Below are positions 28,228-38,147 of a stretch of DNA of 64,000 nt, in pieces. The stretch is taken from positions 33,627 through 97,626 of the forward strand of contig DUBF01000058.1 in assembly GCA_012960465.1 (NCBI GenBank). The letters run 5' to 3'. The position numbers were made by a program, and so were the translations under genes. The notes under the pieces are model-generated. The model saw only the letters and a list, made by a program, of their open reading frames with translations, was not told where the DNA came from and searched no databases. Origin of the DNA: Rhodospirillales bacterium. Lineage in GTDB: Bacteria > Pseudomonadota > Alphaproteobacteria > Rhodospirillales > UBA2165. Positions within the stretch are counted from its first letter, which is position 1; every line of letters begins with the position of its first letter.

Positions 28228-31200
28228 CTAACTTCTAATTTTTTTTCCTAAGTCATCTAAAGATGCAATAAACGAAGGCACCACAAACAATATTAGTAAT
28301 GTAGCCATGCCAAGCCCAAAGACGATTGTAATTGCCATCGGAATTAAAAACTGAGCTTGAATGCTCCTCTCAAATAATAATGGCATTAAACCCCCAATAG
28401 TAGTGGCTGAGGTCAGAAGTATTGGGCGAAGACGAATACATGATGCTTCAACAATCGCATCAACAAGACTGGTATTTTGAACTTTCTCATCAATAGTGGT
28501 TACTAAAATGATCGAACCATTAATAATGATTCCTGAGAGCCCTATTAAACCGACCATACTTAAGATTGTTAGATTATAACCTAACAACCAATGACCAAAT
28601 GCTGCCCCGATAAAACCCATAGGTATAACAGCCATTACTACGATTGGTCGGATGTAATTAGCAAATGCCCACGCAAGAACGACATATATTCCAGCAAGCC
28701 CAATGAGAAAACCCAGCTTCATATCAGCAAAAGTTTCTTCTTGCTCTTCAGCTTTACCTCTAAACCCGACCTTTAAACCTGCAAGACCGGCAATTTTATA
28801 AATTCCATCACGCTTAACGGCCGAGAGAATCGTTCCCACAGACGTAATAGAAGCATCAATTTCAGCTGTAATTGCAATTTGGCGACTTCCATCCTCGCGC
28901 TTAATTTTTGCAAAGCCGACTATTTCCCGGGATGAAACTAATTGGGTTAGTGGTATTTCCTGACCGCCTGGGGCCCTAAGATGCAGTGTATCTAAGATCG
29001 TCGACGTAACGTCTCGGCGCGGATACATTACCCTCACTGCAACTTCTTCATCTTCTCGCGCAAATCTTTTAGCTATTGAACCCTGAATAGCATTCCGGAG
29101 TTGTCTTCCAATGTTCTCAGTAGAAAATCCAAGTGATCTGCCTCTTTGATTTACACTTAAAATTGTCTCGCGTTTTCCATAAGGGATATCATCCTCAACG
29201 TTACTGATACCAGGGTAACGTTCCAGTAAATTAATTACCTTATTTGCCGCAAGCTTTAATTCATTAATATCAGACCCCATCAATCTAATATCTATATCAC
29301 GGCCTGGCGGACCGCCTCTTACTTCTTGGATTGTTAATGTTTTAAGACCAGCAATACTTTTTACTTCGGCTCTCCATGCTTCAATAAATTGCCAGGTCCT
29401 AACCGATCTTTTATCAGCCGTAAGTAACTCAACAATCAGACCTCCAGCCGTATCATCAGTCGCACTTGATATCACAGAATTCATATTACCCGCGACTTTA
29501 ACCCCCACTTTTATCAAGCTCATTTTGATTAGTTTTTCCCCCGAGCCTGATAGTTTCTTAGATACGCTATAAGCCGCCCGCTCAACCTCCTTTAACATTA
29601 AAACCGTTTGGTCTCGAGGGGTTCCTGAAACCATTTTAACGTTAACAACAATTTTATCAGATTCGGGAGTAGGGAAAAAATTAAACCCAATTCTCCCGCT
29701 TACTACGAGGCCAACTGCACTCAAAAATAATGCAACCACAAGGGCCAAAGTTGCATAACGCCACTCAATACTCAATAAAACGAGCTTACGAAATTTAACG
29801 TCCCTAAAATTAGAGAACCAATGATCAAAACGATCTCTAAATAGTTGATAAGCTTTAAAACCCGTGTATTTCATCGACATCCCGTGATTAAGATGACCGG
29901 GAAGGACATAAAAACATTCTAACAAACTCGCGAGTAAAACGGCTACTATAACTAACGGTATAGCAGAAATGACCTGCCCAATAATTCCCGCTATCAGTAT
30001 TAATGGCAAAAATGCACATATAGTAGTAAGCGAAGCGCTTACCACTGGAGCAGCCATTCTCCGAGCACCCGTGATGGCCGCAGGAAGTGAGTTCAAGCCT
30101 GCTTGTTTTTGAAAATCGGCATGTTCACCAACGACGATTGCATCATCAACGACGATCCCAAGCGCCATGATAAGTCCAAACAAACTTATCATATTGATAG
30201 ATTGCCCCGTGGCTAACATGACACCTAAAGTTGCCATAAAACAAATTGGAATTCCTAAAAGAACCCACAAAGCGACCGAGGCTCTAAGAAAAACAAATAG
30301 AATAAGTGCAACAATAAACAAACCACCAATAGCGTTATACAGCAGCAAATTTATTCTCTCATCAAGAAGATCAGTAGCAGAATCATATCTTTCTAACGAT
30401 AATCCTGCTGGTAGTTTTTTATTTGTATCAAATAAAAAGTCGTCCACTTTAGACGCAAGAACGAGTGCATCCGAATCCAGTGCGCGCATAAGGTGCAACT
30501 CTATAGCAGGGGAATTTCGCCGCAAAGCAACTGCATCAGTATCTTTGAAATCTTCTGTTACCCGGGCTATATCTGAAAGATAAATTTTACGACCATCTTC
30601 TAAAGATTTTATCTCCATCCGGCGCAGACTATCGGCATTTGTTAATAGGCCCAAACTTCTAACTTGGCGTAATCCCTGACCTACATTACCCGATGGAACG
30701 TCTACAGAAGTTTCTCCTATCTTCTTTGAAATATCACCTAAAGTTAAATCTAACCGCCTTAATGTTTTTTCTTGGGCTTCAACCCAGATCTCTTGATCTC
30801 GGCTTCCGAAAAGCTCTATTCTATCAATACCTCTAGCCAGGAGGTTATCTCTGAAACTCTTGGCATAAGCTTTGAGAGCAATCTCTGACATTTGACCCGA
30901 AACTATCAATTTAGTGATGGTCTCATAACGAACTATCCGTTTAATATTTGGCTTTAAGGTGTCAATGGGTAAAGTTGTAACTCGTGAAACTGCTGCTTCC
31001 ACATTTGACAGTGCAGACTGCATATCGGTTGCGGCCTCAAATTCAATGACAAGAGAAGCTAATCCTTCAGTCGAAGTTGAACGGACCCTTTTTACTGAAT
31101 CAAGAAACCGGACCTCAGGTTCCACAAGCTGGACTATATTTTTATCAATATCTTCAGAAATAGCTCCAGGCCATTCAATTGTCACGATCACCACATCAAT

Positions 31201-31365
31201 ACCAAAACTCGGCAGAAACTGTGAATTCATCTTTATGACACCCCAAACACCAGAGATGATCATCAGGACCATTATTAAATTTGCTGCTGTCGGATGCTTA
31301 GCAAACAAAGCAATTGGCCCAGATGTTATTACTGAACCTTTCTGATTTTTGTCCTCTCCCATCAT
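28228..31365 (-). CDS. RND efflux transporter permease (AcrB/AcrD/AcrF family)
   Basis: 1045 aa with 12-TM topology and two large periplasmic loops. Typical TM4 region GLIMALGIVVDDAIVV. 4-nt overlap with the upstream adaptor gene. Confidence 0.93.
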   Translation of the reverse strand: MMGEDKNQKGSVITSGPIALFAKHPTAANLIMVLMIISGVWGVIKMNSQFLPSFGIDVVIVTIEWPGAISEDIDKNIVQLVEPEVRFLDSVKRVRSTSTEGLASLVIEFEAATDMQSALSNVEAAVSRVTTLPIDTLKPNIKRIVRYETITKLIVSGQMSEIALKAYAKSFRDNLLARGIDRIELFGSRDQEIWVEAQEKTLRRLDLTLGDISKKIGETSVDVPSGNVGQGLRQVRSLGLLTNADSLRRMEIKSLEDGRKIYLSDIARVTEDFKDTDAVALRRNSPAIELHLMRALDSDALVLASKVDDFLFDTNKKLPAGLSLERYDSATDLLDERINLLLYNAIGGLFIVALILFVFLRASVALWVLLGIPICFMATLGVMLATGQSINMISLFGLIMALGIVVDDAIVVGEHADFQKQAGLNSLPAAITGARRMAAPVVSASLTTICAFLPLILIAGIIGQVISAIPLVIVAVLLASLLECFYVLPGHLNHGMSMKYTGFKAYQLFRDRFDHWFSNFRDVKFRKLVLLSIEWRYATLALVVALFLSAVGLVVSGRIGFNFFPTPESDKIVVNVKMVSGTPRDQTVLMLKEVERAAYSVSKKLSGSGEKLIKMSLIKVGVKVAGNMNSVISSATDDTAGGLIVELLTADKRSVRTWQFIEAWRAEVKSIAGLKTLTIQEVRGGPPGRDIDIRLMGSDINELKLAANKVINLLERYPGISNVEDDIPYGKRETILSVNQRGRSLGFSTENIGRQLRNAIQGSIAKRFAREDEEVAVRVMYPRRDVTSTILDTLHLRAPGGQEIPLTQLVSSREIVGFAKIKREDGSRQIAITAEIDASITSVGTILSAVKRDGIYKIAGLAGLKVGFRGKAEEQEETFADMKLGFLIGLAGIYVVLAWAFANYIRPIVVMAVIPMGFIGAAFGHWLLGYNLTILSMVGLIGLSGIIINGSIILVTTIDEKVQNTSLVDAIVEASCIRLRPILLTSATTIGGLMPLLFERSIQAQFLIPMAITIVFGLGMATLLILFVVPSFIASLDDLGKKIRS

Positions 31366-32642
31366 TTAGATTCCACCAACAGACCATTTGCAATTTTTGG
31401 GAAAGGACGAGTAATTACCATTTTTCCATCTAATTCGGGGCCGCGGATCAATATGGAATTTTTTCCTCGCCGAACTTGGCTGATAGTAGCTTCTTTAACA
31501 CGTCCTTTCTCAATTAGATAAACAACATTACTTCGAACAACTGCGGTATCAGGGACCTGAGCTACATTTTTATAAATCCTAGACGGAACTATTACTTCAA
31601 CAAAAGCTCCGGGTCTGAGGGACGTAGTTAAATCGATATTGTTCAATCTAGCATAGACATCAACACCACCACCTGTAACATCTATTTCGGCACCCAGTCG
31701 CTGTATATCCGCCATATAATTAAATGCCCGATTTCCTATGCTCCATTTTACCTTAACTTCTTTCCCTATCAATTCTGAGCTTTGTGGATTATCTTTAGTT
31801 GTCTTCCCTTCGACTTTTAAAAGGCTTGAGAAGTCGCGTTCACTTAGACGAAATTTAACCTCGAGGCGTTTGGCTTCAATTAATCGAGCTAAACGTTCAT
31901 TTGTAGAAATTCTTTGGCCCGCAGAGACACCAGCATTTGCAAGGAATCCATCGAAAGGGGCCTTTATCTCCGTCTCTTGAAGATTACGTTCAGCCAATTT
32001 TAATACCGACCTTGCTCTCACTGCCGAAGCTTTCTGTTGATTAAGTCGGTTCTTCAACCTTAAAATCACTTGTTGTCGTATAGCGACATTCTTTGCTGTA
32101 TCATTGTAAGAAATTTCAGCATCATCTAAAGATTTTCGAGAGGTAGAGCCCCGTTTTGCGAGTTTTTGACGTCGTTCTAAATCACGTTTACGGATAACTA
32201 ACTGGGACCTGGTAATCTCAAGTAATTTTATTTCGTATTTAATTTCACCTTCGATCTCAGCTATTCGGGTGAGAACCTCACTCAGTGCTGCCTTACTGTC
32301 CTCCAATTTTATTTTGTAATCAAAAGGATCAATTTTGGCCAGAAGCTGACCTTTCTTTACAATCGAACCTTCAAAATAATTTGTACCAACTTCAATAATA
32401 CGACCTGCAACCAGAGGCCTCAATTCAGCTTGGCTACCAGCAACAACGGTCCCATATACCTTTATTTCAGGCCTAAAACTTGAAACTTTAATTAACTGTG
32501 CTGAAACGGGCCATACCTTTTCAACAACTGGTTTGATAACCACCAACGGCGCGTTTAATTTTAATAGCACCAAAATGGTGACCCCTAAAATTACAATACC
32601 GGTAGCTAAACTAATGTGCTTAAAACGTTTGTTTGTTGTCAT
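31362..32642 (-). CDS. RND efflux periplasmic adaptor (membrane fusion protein, HlyD family)
   Basis: N-terminal TM anchor, long coiled-coil hairpin, and lipoyl/beta-barrel segments (LAKIDPFDYKI, IKAPFDGF). Confidence 0.88.
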   Translation of the reverse strand: MTTNKRFKHISLATGIVILGVTILVLLKLNAPLVVIKPVVEKVWPVSAQLIKVSSFRPEIKVYGTVVAGSQAELRPLVAGRIIEVGTNYFEGSIVKKGQLLAKIDPFDYKIKLEDSKAALSEVLTRIAEIEGEIKYEIKLLEITRSQLVIRKRDLERRQKLAKRGSTSRKSLDDAEISYNDTAKNVAIRQQVILRLKNRLNQQKASAVRARSVLKLAERNLQETEIKAPFDGFLANAGVSAGQRISTNERLARLIEAKRLEVKFRLSERDFSSLLKVEGKTTKDNPQSSELIGKEVKVKWSIGNRAFNYMADIQRLGAEIDVTGGGVDVYARLNNIDLTTSLRPGAFVEVIVPSRIYKNVAQVPDTAVVRSNVVYLIEKGRVKEATISQVRRGKNSILIRGPELDGKMVITRPFPKIANGLLVESK

Positions 32643-32697
32643 AATCTACTAACCAAATTTAATTCGCAAGACGTCATAACGAGTTTTAAATATCGAA

Positions 32698-32720
32698 GTT
32701 TAGGTTTAGGTTTAGGTTTA
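32698..32720. repeat. hexanucleotide microsatellite (GTTTAG) x ~3.8
   Basis: Direct reading gives gtttag gtttag gtttag gttta. It lies 56-78 nt upstream of the adaptor start codon. Confidence 0.95.
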
Positions 32721-32808
32721 CAATAACACTCTTATGAACCTTTTGATCGAAAGATTTGCTCAGTAACCCAACTATCATTACAACGCAAGACTTTAGGCTA
32801 TTAGATTA

Positions 32809-33924
32809 TTAATCTTTCGAAATGATGCGCGTCTCACCGATTTTCAAAACCCATATACGTTCTTCGGAAATATTAAGTTTTTTTGCTCCATCTCGGAAGC
32901 GCCGAACAGCGTCTTCTGGGGCATCATCACCAAGCTTGACAGTGCCCCAATGCATTGCAAGATGATTCCTTGCCTTTAACGCAGCCCCTATTCGAATACA
33001 ATCTTCCGGAATGCAATGAACTCCGCGCATAACAACGCGGGGCAAAAATGCACCAATTGATAATAATGAGAGATCAAAACCGCCGTGTCTTTTTGCCACG
33101 TCCGCATAGACTGGACCGTATTCAGCGTCCCCGCCAAAATAAACTCGAGTTCCGCTGAACCCTTCAATAGCCCAACCTGCCCAAAGGGTGTCATCAGTCG
33201 CGAATATCGATCTTTTAGACCAATGTATAACTGGTAAGGCCGTAAACCGAATTTGACCAACCGTTGCCGTCTCTTCCCAATCTAATTCAATAACTCTTCT
33301 ATATCCATAATCCCGAAAATACTTTCCAATGCCTAGGGGTACCATAGCTGTGATCTTGTCCCGATTAGGGAGTGCCGCAATTGTTGGAAGATCAAGATGA
33401 TCAAAATGACTGTGAGATATAACAACAAAATCAATGGGCGGAAGCTCGCCTATTGTTAGGGCTGGATCCACATAACGTTTTGGACCGAGTGGACGAACTG
33501 GCGATGCGTGACTAGAAAGCCAAGGATCGGTTAGAATAGACTTACCGTCAATGCGCAATAAAGCAGTCATATGGCCAAGCCAGGTGACAGTATTTTTCCC
33601 GGCAGTACTCTCTAAACCTTCAATAACTTTAGATTTTATTAAAATATGATCTGCCGGAATTTTAGGAGTATCTCCAAAAATTAGGTTGATCGGCTTGCTA
33701 ATTAGCCAAGGGATACGCTGTATCCAACTATTTTTCTCTGGGCTCCCTAGGGGGTTACGAAACCCTTCCGTTGTGTGATGCCATGGCTTACCGGATATTT
33801 TCTCAGGAGACGAACAACTGCTTATAAAAAGTGTCAAAATGACAATAATTATGGATCCAATCAAATCCATGATTGGCTTAGCACCCCGCATCAATTCCCG
33901 CCGGTATGTTTTACTATGATTCAA
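32809..33924 (-). CDS. MBL-fold hydrolase of the NAPE-PLD-like family, probable lipoprotein
   Basis: VTWLGHMTALLRIDGKSILTDPWLS...PPIDFVVISHSHFDHLD fits the NAPE-PLD/COG2220 pattern. The N-terminal TM segment ends in LFISSC, a lipobox-like sequence. Confidence 0.72.
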   Translation of the reverse strand: MNHSKTYRRELMRGAKPIMDLIGSIIIVILTLFISSCSSPEKISGKPWHHTTEGFRNPLGSPEKNSWIQRIPWLISKPINLIFGDTPKIPADHILIKSKVIEGLESTAGKNTVTWLGHMTALLRIDGKSILTDPWLSSHASPVRPLGPKRYVDPALTIGELPPIDFVVISHSHFDHLDLPTIAALPNRDKITAMVPLGIGKYFRDYGYRRVIELDWEETATVGQIRFTALPVIHWSKRSIFATDDTLWAGWAIEGFSGTRVYFGGDAEYGPVYADVAKRHGGFDLSLLSIGAFLPRVVMRGVHCIPEDCIRIGAALKARNHLAMHWGTVKLGDDAPEDAVRRFRDGAKKLNISEERIWVLKIGETRIISKD

Positions 33925-33990
33925 CTAGTATTCTTTCCGACAACCAACAGATTGCGCCACATAATATTAATTTTATAACAATAGATAGTA

Positions 33991-34022
33991 TAAAAAAAAC
34001 CACATCAAAAATGTTGTGGTTT
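33991..34022 (-). terminator. rho-independent terminator downstream of ndk
   Basis: The minus strand reads GAAAACCACAACATTTTTGATGTGGTTTTTTTTATA, an AACCACA/TGTGGTT stem followed by T8. Confidence 0.7.
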
Positions 34023-34044
34023 TCAATCATTCAAAGAATTTTAA

Positions 34045-34467
34045 CTATCCTGCGATCTCTATCTCCGCAAAGAAGTAGCTGATTTCTTCCATCGCCGTTT
34101 CTTGCGCATCTGAACCGTGAACGGAATTAGCTTCAATGCTCTCTGCAAAATCTTTTCGGATTGTTCCATCATCTGCATTAGCAGGGTTAGTCGCTCCCAT
34201 AACCTTGCGATTTTTTGCAACGGCGTCTTCACCCTCTAATACCTGTACAACCACAGGGCCTGAAATCATAAAGTCACATAGCTCGCCGAAAAAAGCCCGC
34301 TCTTTATGGACAGCATAAAAACCCTGAGCTTGTTCCAGGGTTAATTGGAGACGCTTTTGTCCAACAATGCGAAGCCCTACCTCTTCAAACCGACCGTTGA
34401 TTTGCCCCGTAAGATTACGCCGGGTCGCATCTGGTTTAATTATTGATAATGTGCGTTCTATGGCCAT
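34045..34467 (-). CDS. ndk: nucleoside-diphosphate kinase
   Basis: Contains [13 protein letters not shown] and the NSVHGSD active-site His. I preferred the second ATG (34467) on Shine-Dalgarno spacing. 34473 is the alternative. Confidence 0.97.
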   Translation of the reverse strand: MAIERTLSIIKPDATRRNLTGQINGRFEEVGLRIVGQKRLQLTLEQAQGFYAVHKERAFFGELCDFMISGPVVVQVLEGEDAVAKNRKVMGATNPANADDGTIRKDFAESIEANSVHGSDAQETAMEEISYFFAEIEIAG

Positions 34468-34633
34468 TGCCATGAACCTCTTCTGTTATTTAAAGGATTT
34501 ACTCAATATCGGCGGATTGCCGAAAACCGAGAGCTTATAGCTTGATCGTTCACTGCTGGCAACTAATTATTTATTACAATTTCGATCATCTGAAGTCTTT
34601 CCGCGGAAGAATAGACGTGTTACACCGCGCCTC

Positions 34634-36529
34634 ATGCTACACATTAATGATATGACTTATAGGGTTGGTGCGCGCGCACTTTATCAAAATGCTACGATTG
34701 CAGTACCAGATGGCCAGAAAGTCGGACTAGTTGGACGTAATGGCACTGGAAAAACAACACTATTTCGTCTTATCTTAGAAGAATTGATGCCAGATGAAGG
34801 TTCAATAAATATCAACCCAAAGCACAAAATTGGAACCGTTGCCCAGGAAGCCCCTGCCGGATCAGAAAGTTTATTAGAAACTGTTTTAGCTGCTGATGTT
34901 GAAAGATCATCACTTTTGCTAGAAGCTGAAACTGCAACCAATCCTAGTCGTATCTCCGATATTCATATTCGATTGGCAGACATCAAGGCCGAAACAGCTC
35001 CAGCACGTGCAGCCACTATTCTTTCGGGCCTTGGTTTTCTAGATACCGTTCAACATCGCCCATGCAGTGATTTCTCAGGTGGTTGGCGAATGCGTGTTGC
35101 CTTAGCAGCAACGTTATTTGCGGAGCCAGATTTGCTCTTACTTGACGAGCCTACCAACCATTTAGATTTAGAAGCGGTCTTGTGGCTCGAAAATTTTCTT
35201 AAACGATGGCGGGGTACATTGCTGGTAATTAGCCACGAACGGACCCTTCTTAATCAGTCTGTTGACCATATTATTCACCTCGAAAATGGTCATCTTACCC
35301 GCTATACAGGCGGATACGATTTTTTTGAAAAAACTAGACGTGAAAAATTAGTTCTACAATCAAAAATGGCAGCCCGCCAAACAGCCGAACGCCAGCGCAT
35401 TCAGTCCTTCGTTGATCGCTTCCGCGCTAAGGCCAATAAAGCCCGACAGGCCCAAAGTCGAGTTAAAATGTTAGAACGTATGGAACCAATAGCATCAGTT
35501 ATTGAAGAAAAAACTATTTCTTTTGAATTCCCGCACCCACCGCTTCTTTCGCCGCCACTAATTGCCCTGAACAAAACCTCTGTGGGTTATGAACCCGGCA
35601 GTCCTATTCTTCAAGATGTGGACCTTAGAATCGATATGGATGATCGAATTGCCCTGATTGGCGCTAACGGAAATGGTAAATCTACAATGATGAAAATGCT
35701 GGCTGGACGCCTAACACCTGAAACGGGCAAGTTGATAAAATCAAAAAAATTAAAAGTCGGCTATTTTGCACAACATCAGTCCGAGGAACTAAACCCAGAC
35801 GGTTCCGCCTTTGATCATATTAGTGAACGGCAGCCGATGGAGCCTGCCGTGCGGCTCCGGGGTCATTTAGGCCGTTTCGGGTTTATTCAAGAACGCGCTG
35901 ATACAAAAGTCCAGAATTTATCAGGTGGTGAAAAAGCGCGTTTATTATTTGCTCTCATGAGTTTAGAGAAACCCCACATTATGCTCCTCGACGAGCCGAC
36001 CAACCATCTAGACATCGATTCACGTGAGGCGCTTGTTGAAGCCCTTAACTTCTATGAAGGTGCAGTGATCCTTGTTAGCCATGATGTCCATTTGGTTAGT
36101 TTAGTAGCCGATAGCCTTTGGCTAGTAGATGATGGAAAATGCGAAATTTTCGATGGAGATCTTGATGAATACGAAAAGCATTTACTCGAAACACGTTCGA
36201 TTAAAAAGAAATCCAACAAAAAAAACTGTTCAGAAAGACTGGCGCGTCCAAAGGAAAATAAAAAAGAACAACGACGTCTAAGAGCTGAAAAGCGAGCTGA
36301 AACAATTAATTTGAGAAAAACCACGAATTTCGCCGAGAAAAAGATCGAATATTTAACTCACGATATCGAGAAATTAGAAGCAAAAATGTCAAATATCGCC
36401 TTCTACCAATTCACACCGGATGAAATTTCTAGATGTCAAAAAACACTTGGTACATTGAAAAAAGATCTCGCAGACACTGAAACAATGTGGTTAGAATTGC
36501 ATGATGCTCTCGAGCCAAGCGAACACTAG
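34634..36529 (+). CDS. ABC-F family ATPase (two ABC domains, no TM; translation-factor type)
   Basis: Two Walker A motifs (GRNGTGKTT, GANGNGKST), two LSGG signatures and two LLLDEPTNHLD Walker B motifs. There is an inter-domain linker and a basic coiled C-terminal tail. Confidence 0.93.
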   Translation: MLHINDMTYRVGARALYQNATIAVPDGQKVGLVGRNGTGKTTLFRLILEELMPDEGSININPKHKIGTVAQEAPAGSESLLETVLAADVERSSLLLEAETATNPSRISDIHIRLADIKAETAPARAATILSGLGFLDTVQHRPCSDFSGGWRMRVALAATLFAEPDLLLLDEPTNHLDLEAVLWLENFLKRWRGTLLVISHERTLLNQSVDHIIHLENGHLTRYTGGYDFFEKTRREKLVLQSKMAARQTAERQRIQSFVDRFRAKANKARQAQSRVKMLERMEPIASVIEEKTISFEFPHPPLLSPPLIALNKTSVGYEPGSPILQDVDLRIDMDDRIALIGANGNGKSTMMKMLAGRLTPETGKLIKSKKLKVGYFAQHQSEELNPDGSAFDHISERQPMEPAVRLRGHLGRFGFIQERADTKVQNLSGGEKARLLFALMSLEKPHIMLLDEPTNHLDIDSREALVEALNFYEGAVILVSHDVHLVSLVADSLWLVDDGKCEIFDGDLDEYEKHLLETRSIKKKSNKKNCSERLARPKENKKEQRRLRAEKRAETINLRKTTNFAEKKIEYLTHDIEKLEAKMSNIAFYQFTPDEISRCQKTLGTLKKDLADTETMWLELHDALEPSEH

Positions 36530-36661
36530 ATAGGCAGATTAAATATGCCGCTCAAATTACCCCAAAATGAAATACTCTTTGTTAAGAATTGTCCTATAAT
36601 ACATCTTCATTAGATTTTATTCTGAGCATGCAATAATTATCGGAAAAGTAGGAACACTGGG

Positions 36662-37594
36662 ATGAGTGCACCAGAGAAATTTACAGGGATTTTAACGCCG
36701 GTTATCACGCCATTTAAAGATGATTTATCACCGGACCCTTCACGCCTACTCAAACAATGTAAGTGGATGCTATCCCATAATGTAGGTCTAGCCGTATTTG
36801 GGACCAACAGCGAAGCCAACTCACTCTCTACGGATGAAAAAATTAATTTAATGGACTTTCTTGTTGATGGAGGTATAGACCCAAAGCGTATGATGCCAGG
36901 TACTGGCTGCTGTGCGCTTTCCGATAGTATTAAACTCACCAAGCACGCGGTAGAATTAGGAACAGGGGGCACATTGATGCTACCCCCCTTCTATTATAAA
37001 GGTGTGAGCGATGACGGCCTATATGCAAATTTCTCAGAAATTATCCAACAAGTAGGAAGTTCCGACCTACGTGTTTACCTATATCATATTCCTCCTGTGT
37101 CAAATGTACCTCTGAGTTTGGATCTCATTGGAAGATTGGTCAAAAAGTATCCTGATACAATTGTAGGCATCAAAGATAGCTCCGGTGACTGGAATAATAC
37201 CAAACGTATGTTGGATACCGGCTGGGACGATTTCCGTATATTTGTTGGTGCTGAGACGTTTTTGCTAGAAAACATGCGTAATGGAGGCGCAGGTTGCATC
37301 TCTGCAACTGCTAATGTAAACCCTGCTGCCATACGTAATCTATTTATCAACTGGCAATCAGATCAAGCGGATAAGCTCCAAGAGGAGCTTGATATTGTTC
37401 GCAGCGTATTTCAAACCTATCCAATGATTCCAGCATTGAAAGCAGCAACAGCGCTTTATAGCCAAGACCCTAGCTGGTCTATAGTGAGACCCCCTCTTAC
37501 TCCTCTAAATAACAAACAAATAACAGGACTTTCTCAAGCACTAAAACTTATAGACTTTACGATGCCTGGCATAAACAAAATTCAGAAACGATAA
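36662..37594 (+). CDS. dihydrodipicolinate synthase family (class I aldolase) protein
   Basis: Contains GTNSEANSLS, YHIP, and the Schiff-base lysine context IVGIKDSSGD. Whether it is the true DapA or a paralogous lyase cannot be decided here. Confidence 0.85.
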   Translation: MSAPEKFTGILTPVITPFKDDLSPDPSRLLKQCKWMLSHNVGLAVFGTNSEANSLSTDEKINLMDFLVDGGIDPKRMMPGTGCCALSDSIKLTKHAVELGTGGTLMLPPFYYKGVSDDGLYANFSEIIQQVGSSDLRVYLYHIPPVSNVPLSLDLIGRLVKKYPDTIVGIKDSSGDWNNTKRMLDTGWDDFRIFVGAETFLLENMRNGGAGCISATANVNPAAIRNLFINWQSDQADKLQEELDIVRSVFQTYPMIPALKAATALYSQDPSWSIVRPPLTPLNNKQITGLSQALKLIDFTMPGINKIQKR

Positions 37595-37595
37595 T

Positions 37596-38063
37596 CTACT
37601 GTTTACCTGTCTCTTCCCATTTACCTTGTTCATTTTGCCGCCAATAATGTAGTTCATGGCCTGCTCCTTTTAAGGACTTCCATCGCTTCCTAGCTGCCAT
37701 GACGGAGCCAGTATCATTACCATCAAATAAATCAAAGCATCGCTCAAAATTTGCTAAATCCTCTGCCTCAACACCATCAACTAAAAAAATAAAAGTTGCT
37801 CCATTTGGGTTCGCCGCATCAGTGGTTAACCAGATTGGCTGGTCCTCAGCCGATCCGTCCTTTTCAGTCCCATGCGGTAGCCAATTATCACTATATTGCG
37901 TCCAAAGAGCAGAACTTATGGACGTTAACCGGTCAACGGAGCAAGCTCTCACTAAAGCCCGTTTACCGGCATTAAGGGTATGTTCTAAAAGCCTGGGAAG
38001 AGCCTCTTCCAAATGGCTTTGTTGTAAATGATAAAATGCGACATTTGCCATCGTATTAAACAC
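37596..38063 (-). CDS. holC: DNA polymerase III subunit chi
   Basis: ~150 aa with VAFYHL...LW...WLPHG, the pattern of HolC. Lies immediately downstream of pepA, as in many Proteobacteria. Confidence 0.8.
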   Translation of the reverse strand: MFNTMANVAFYHLQQSHLEEALPRLLEHTLNAGKRALVRACSVDRLTSISSALWTQYSDNWLPHGTEKDGSAEDQPIWLTTDAANPNGATFIFLVDGVEAEDLANFERCFDLFDGNDTGSVMAARKRWKSLKGAGHELHYWRQNEQGKWEETGKQ

Positions 38064-38147
38064 TATAATATTGAATTAACACACTCCAAAACCGAACAAC
38101 AATTAAGTTTGGATGGGTTAAAAACCTTGTATGGATTTTAAATAAGC

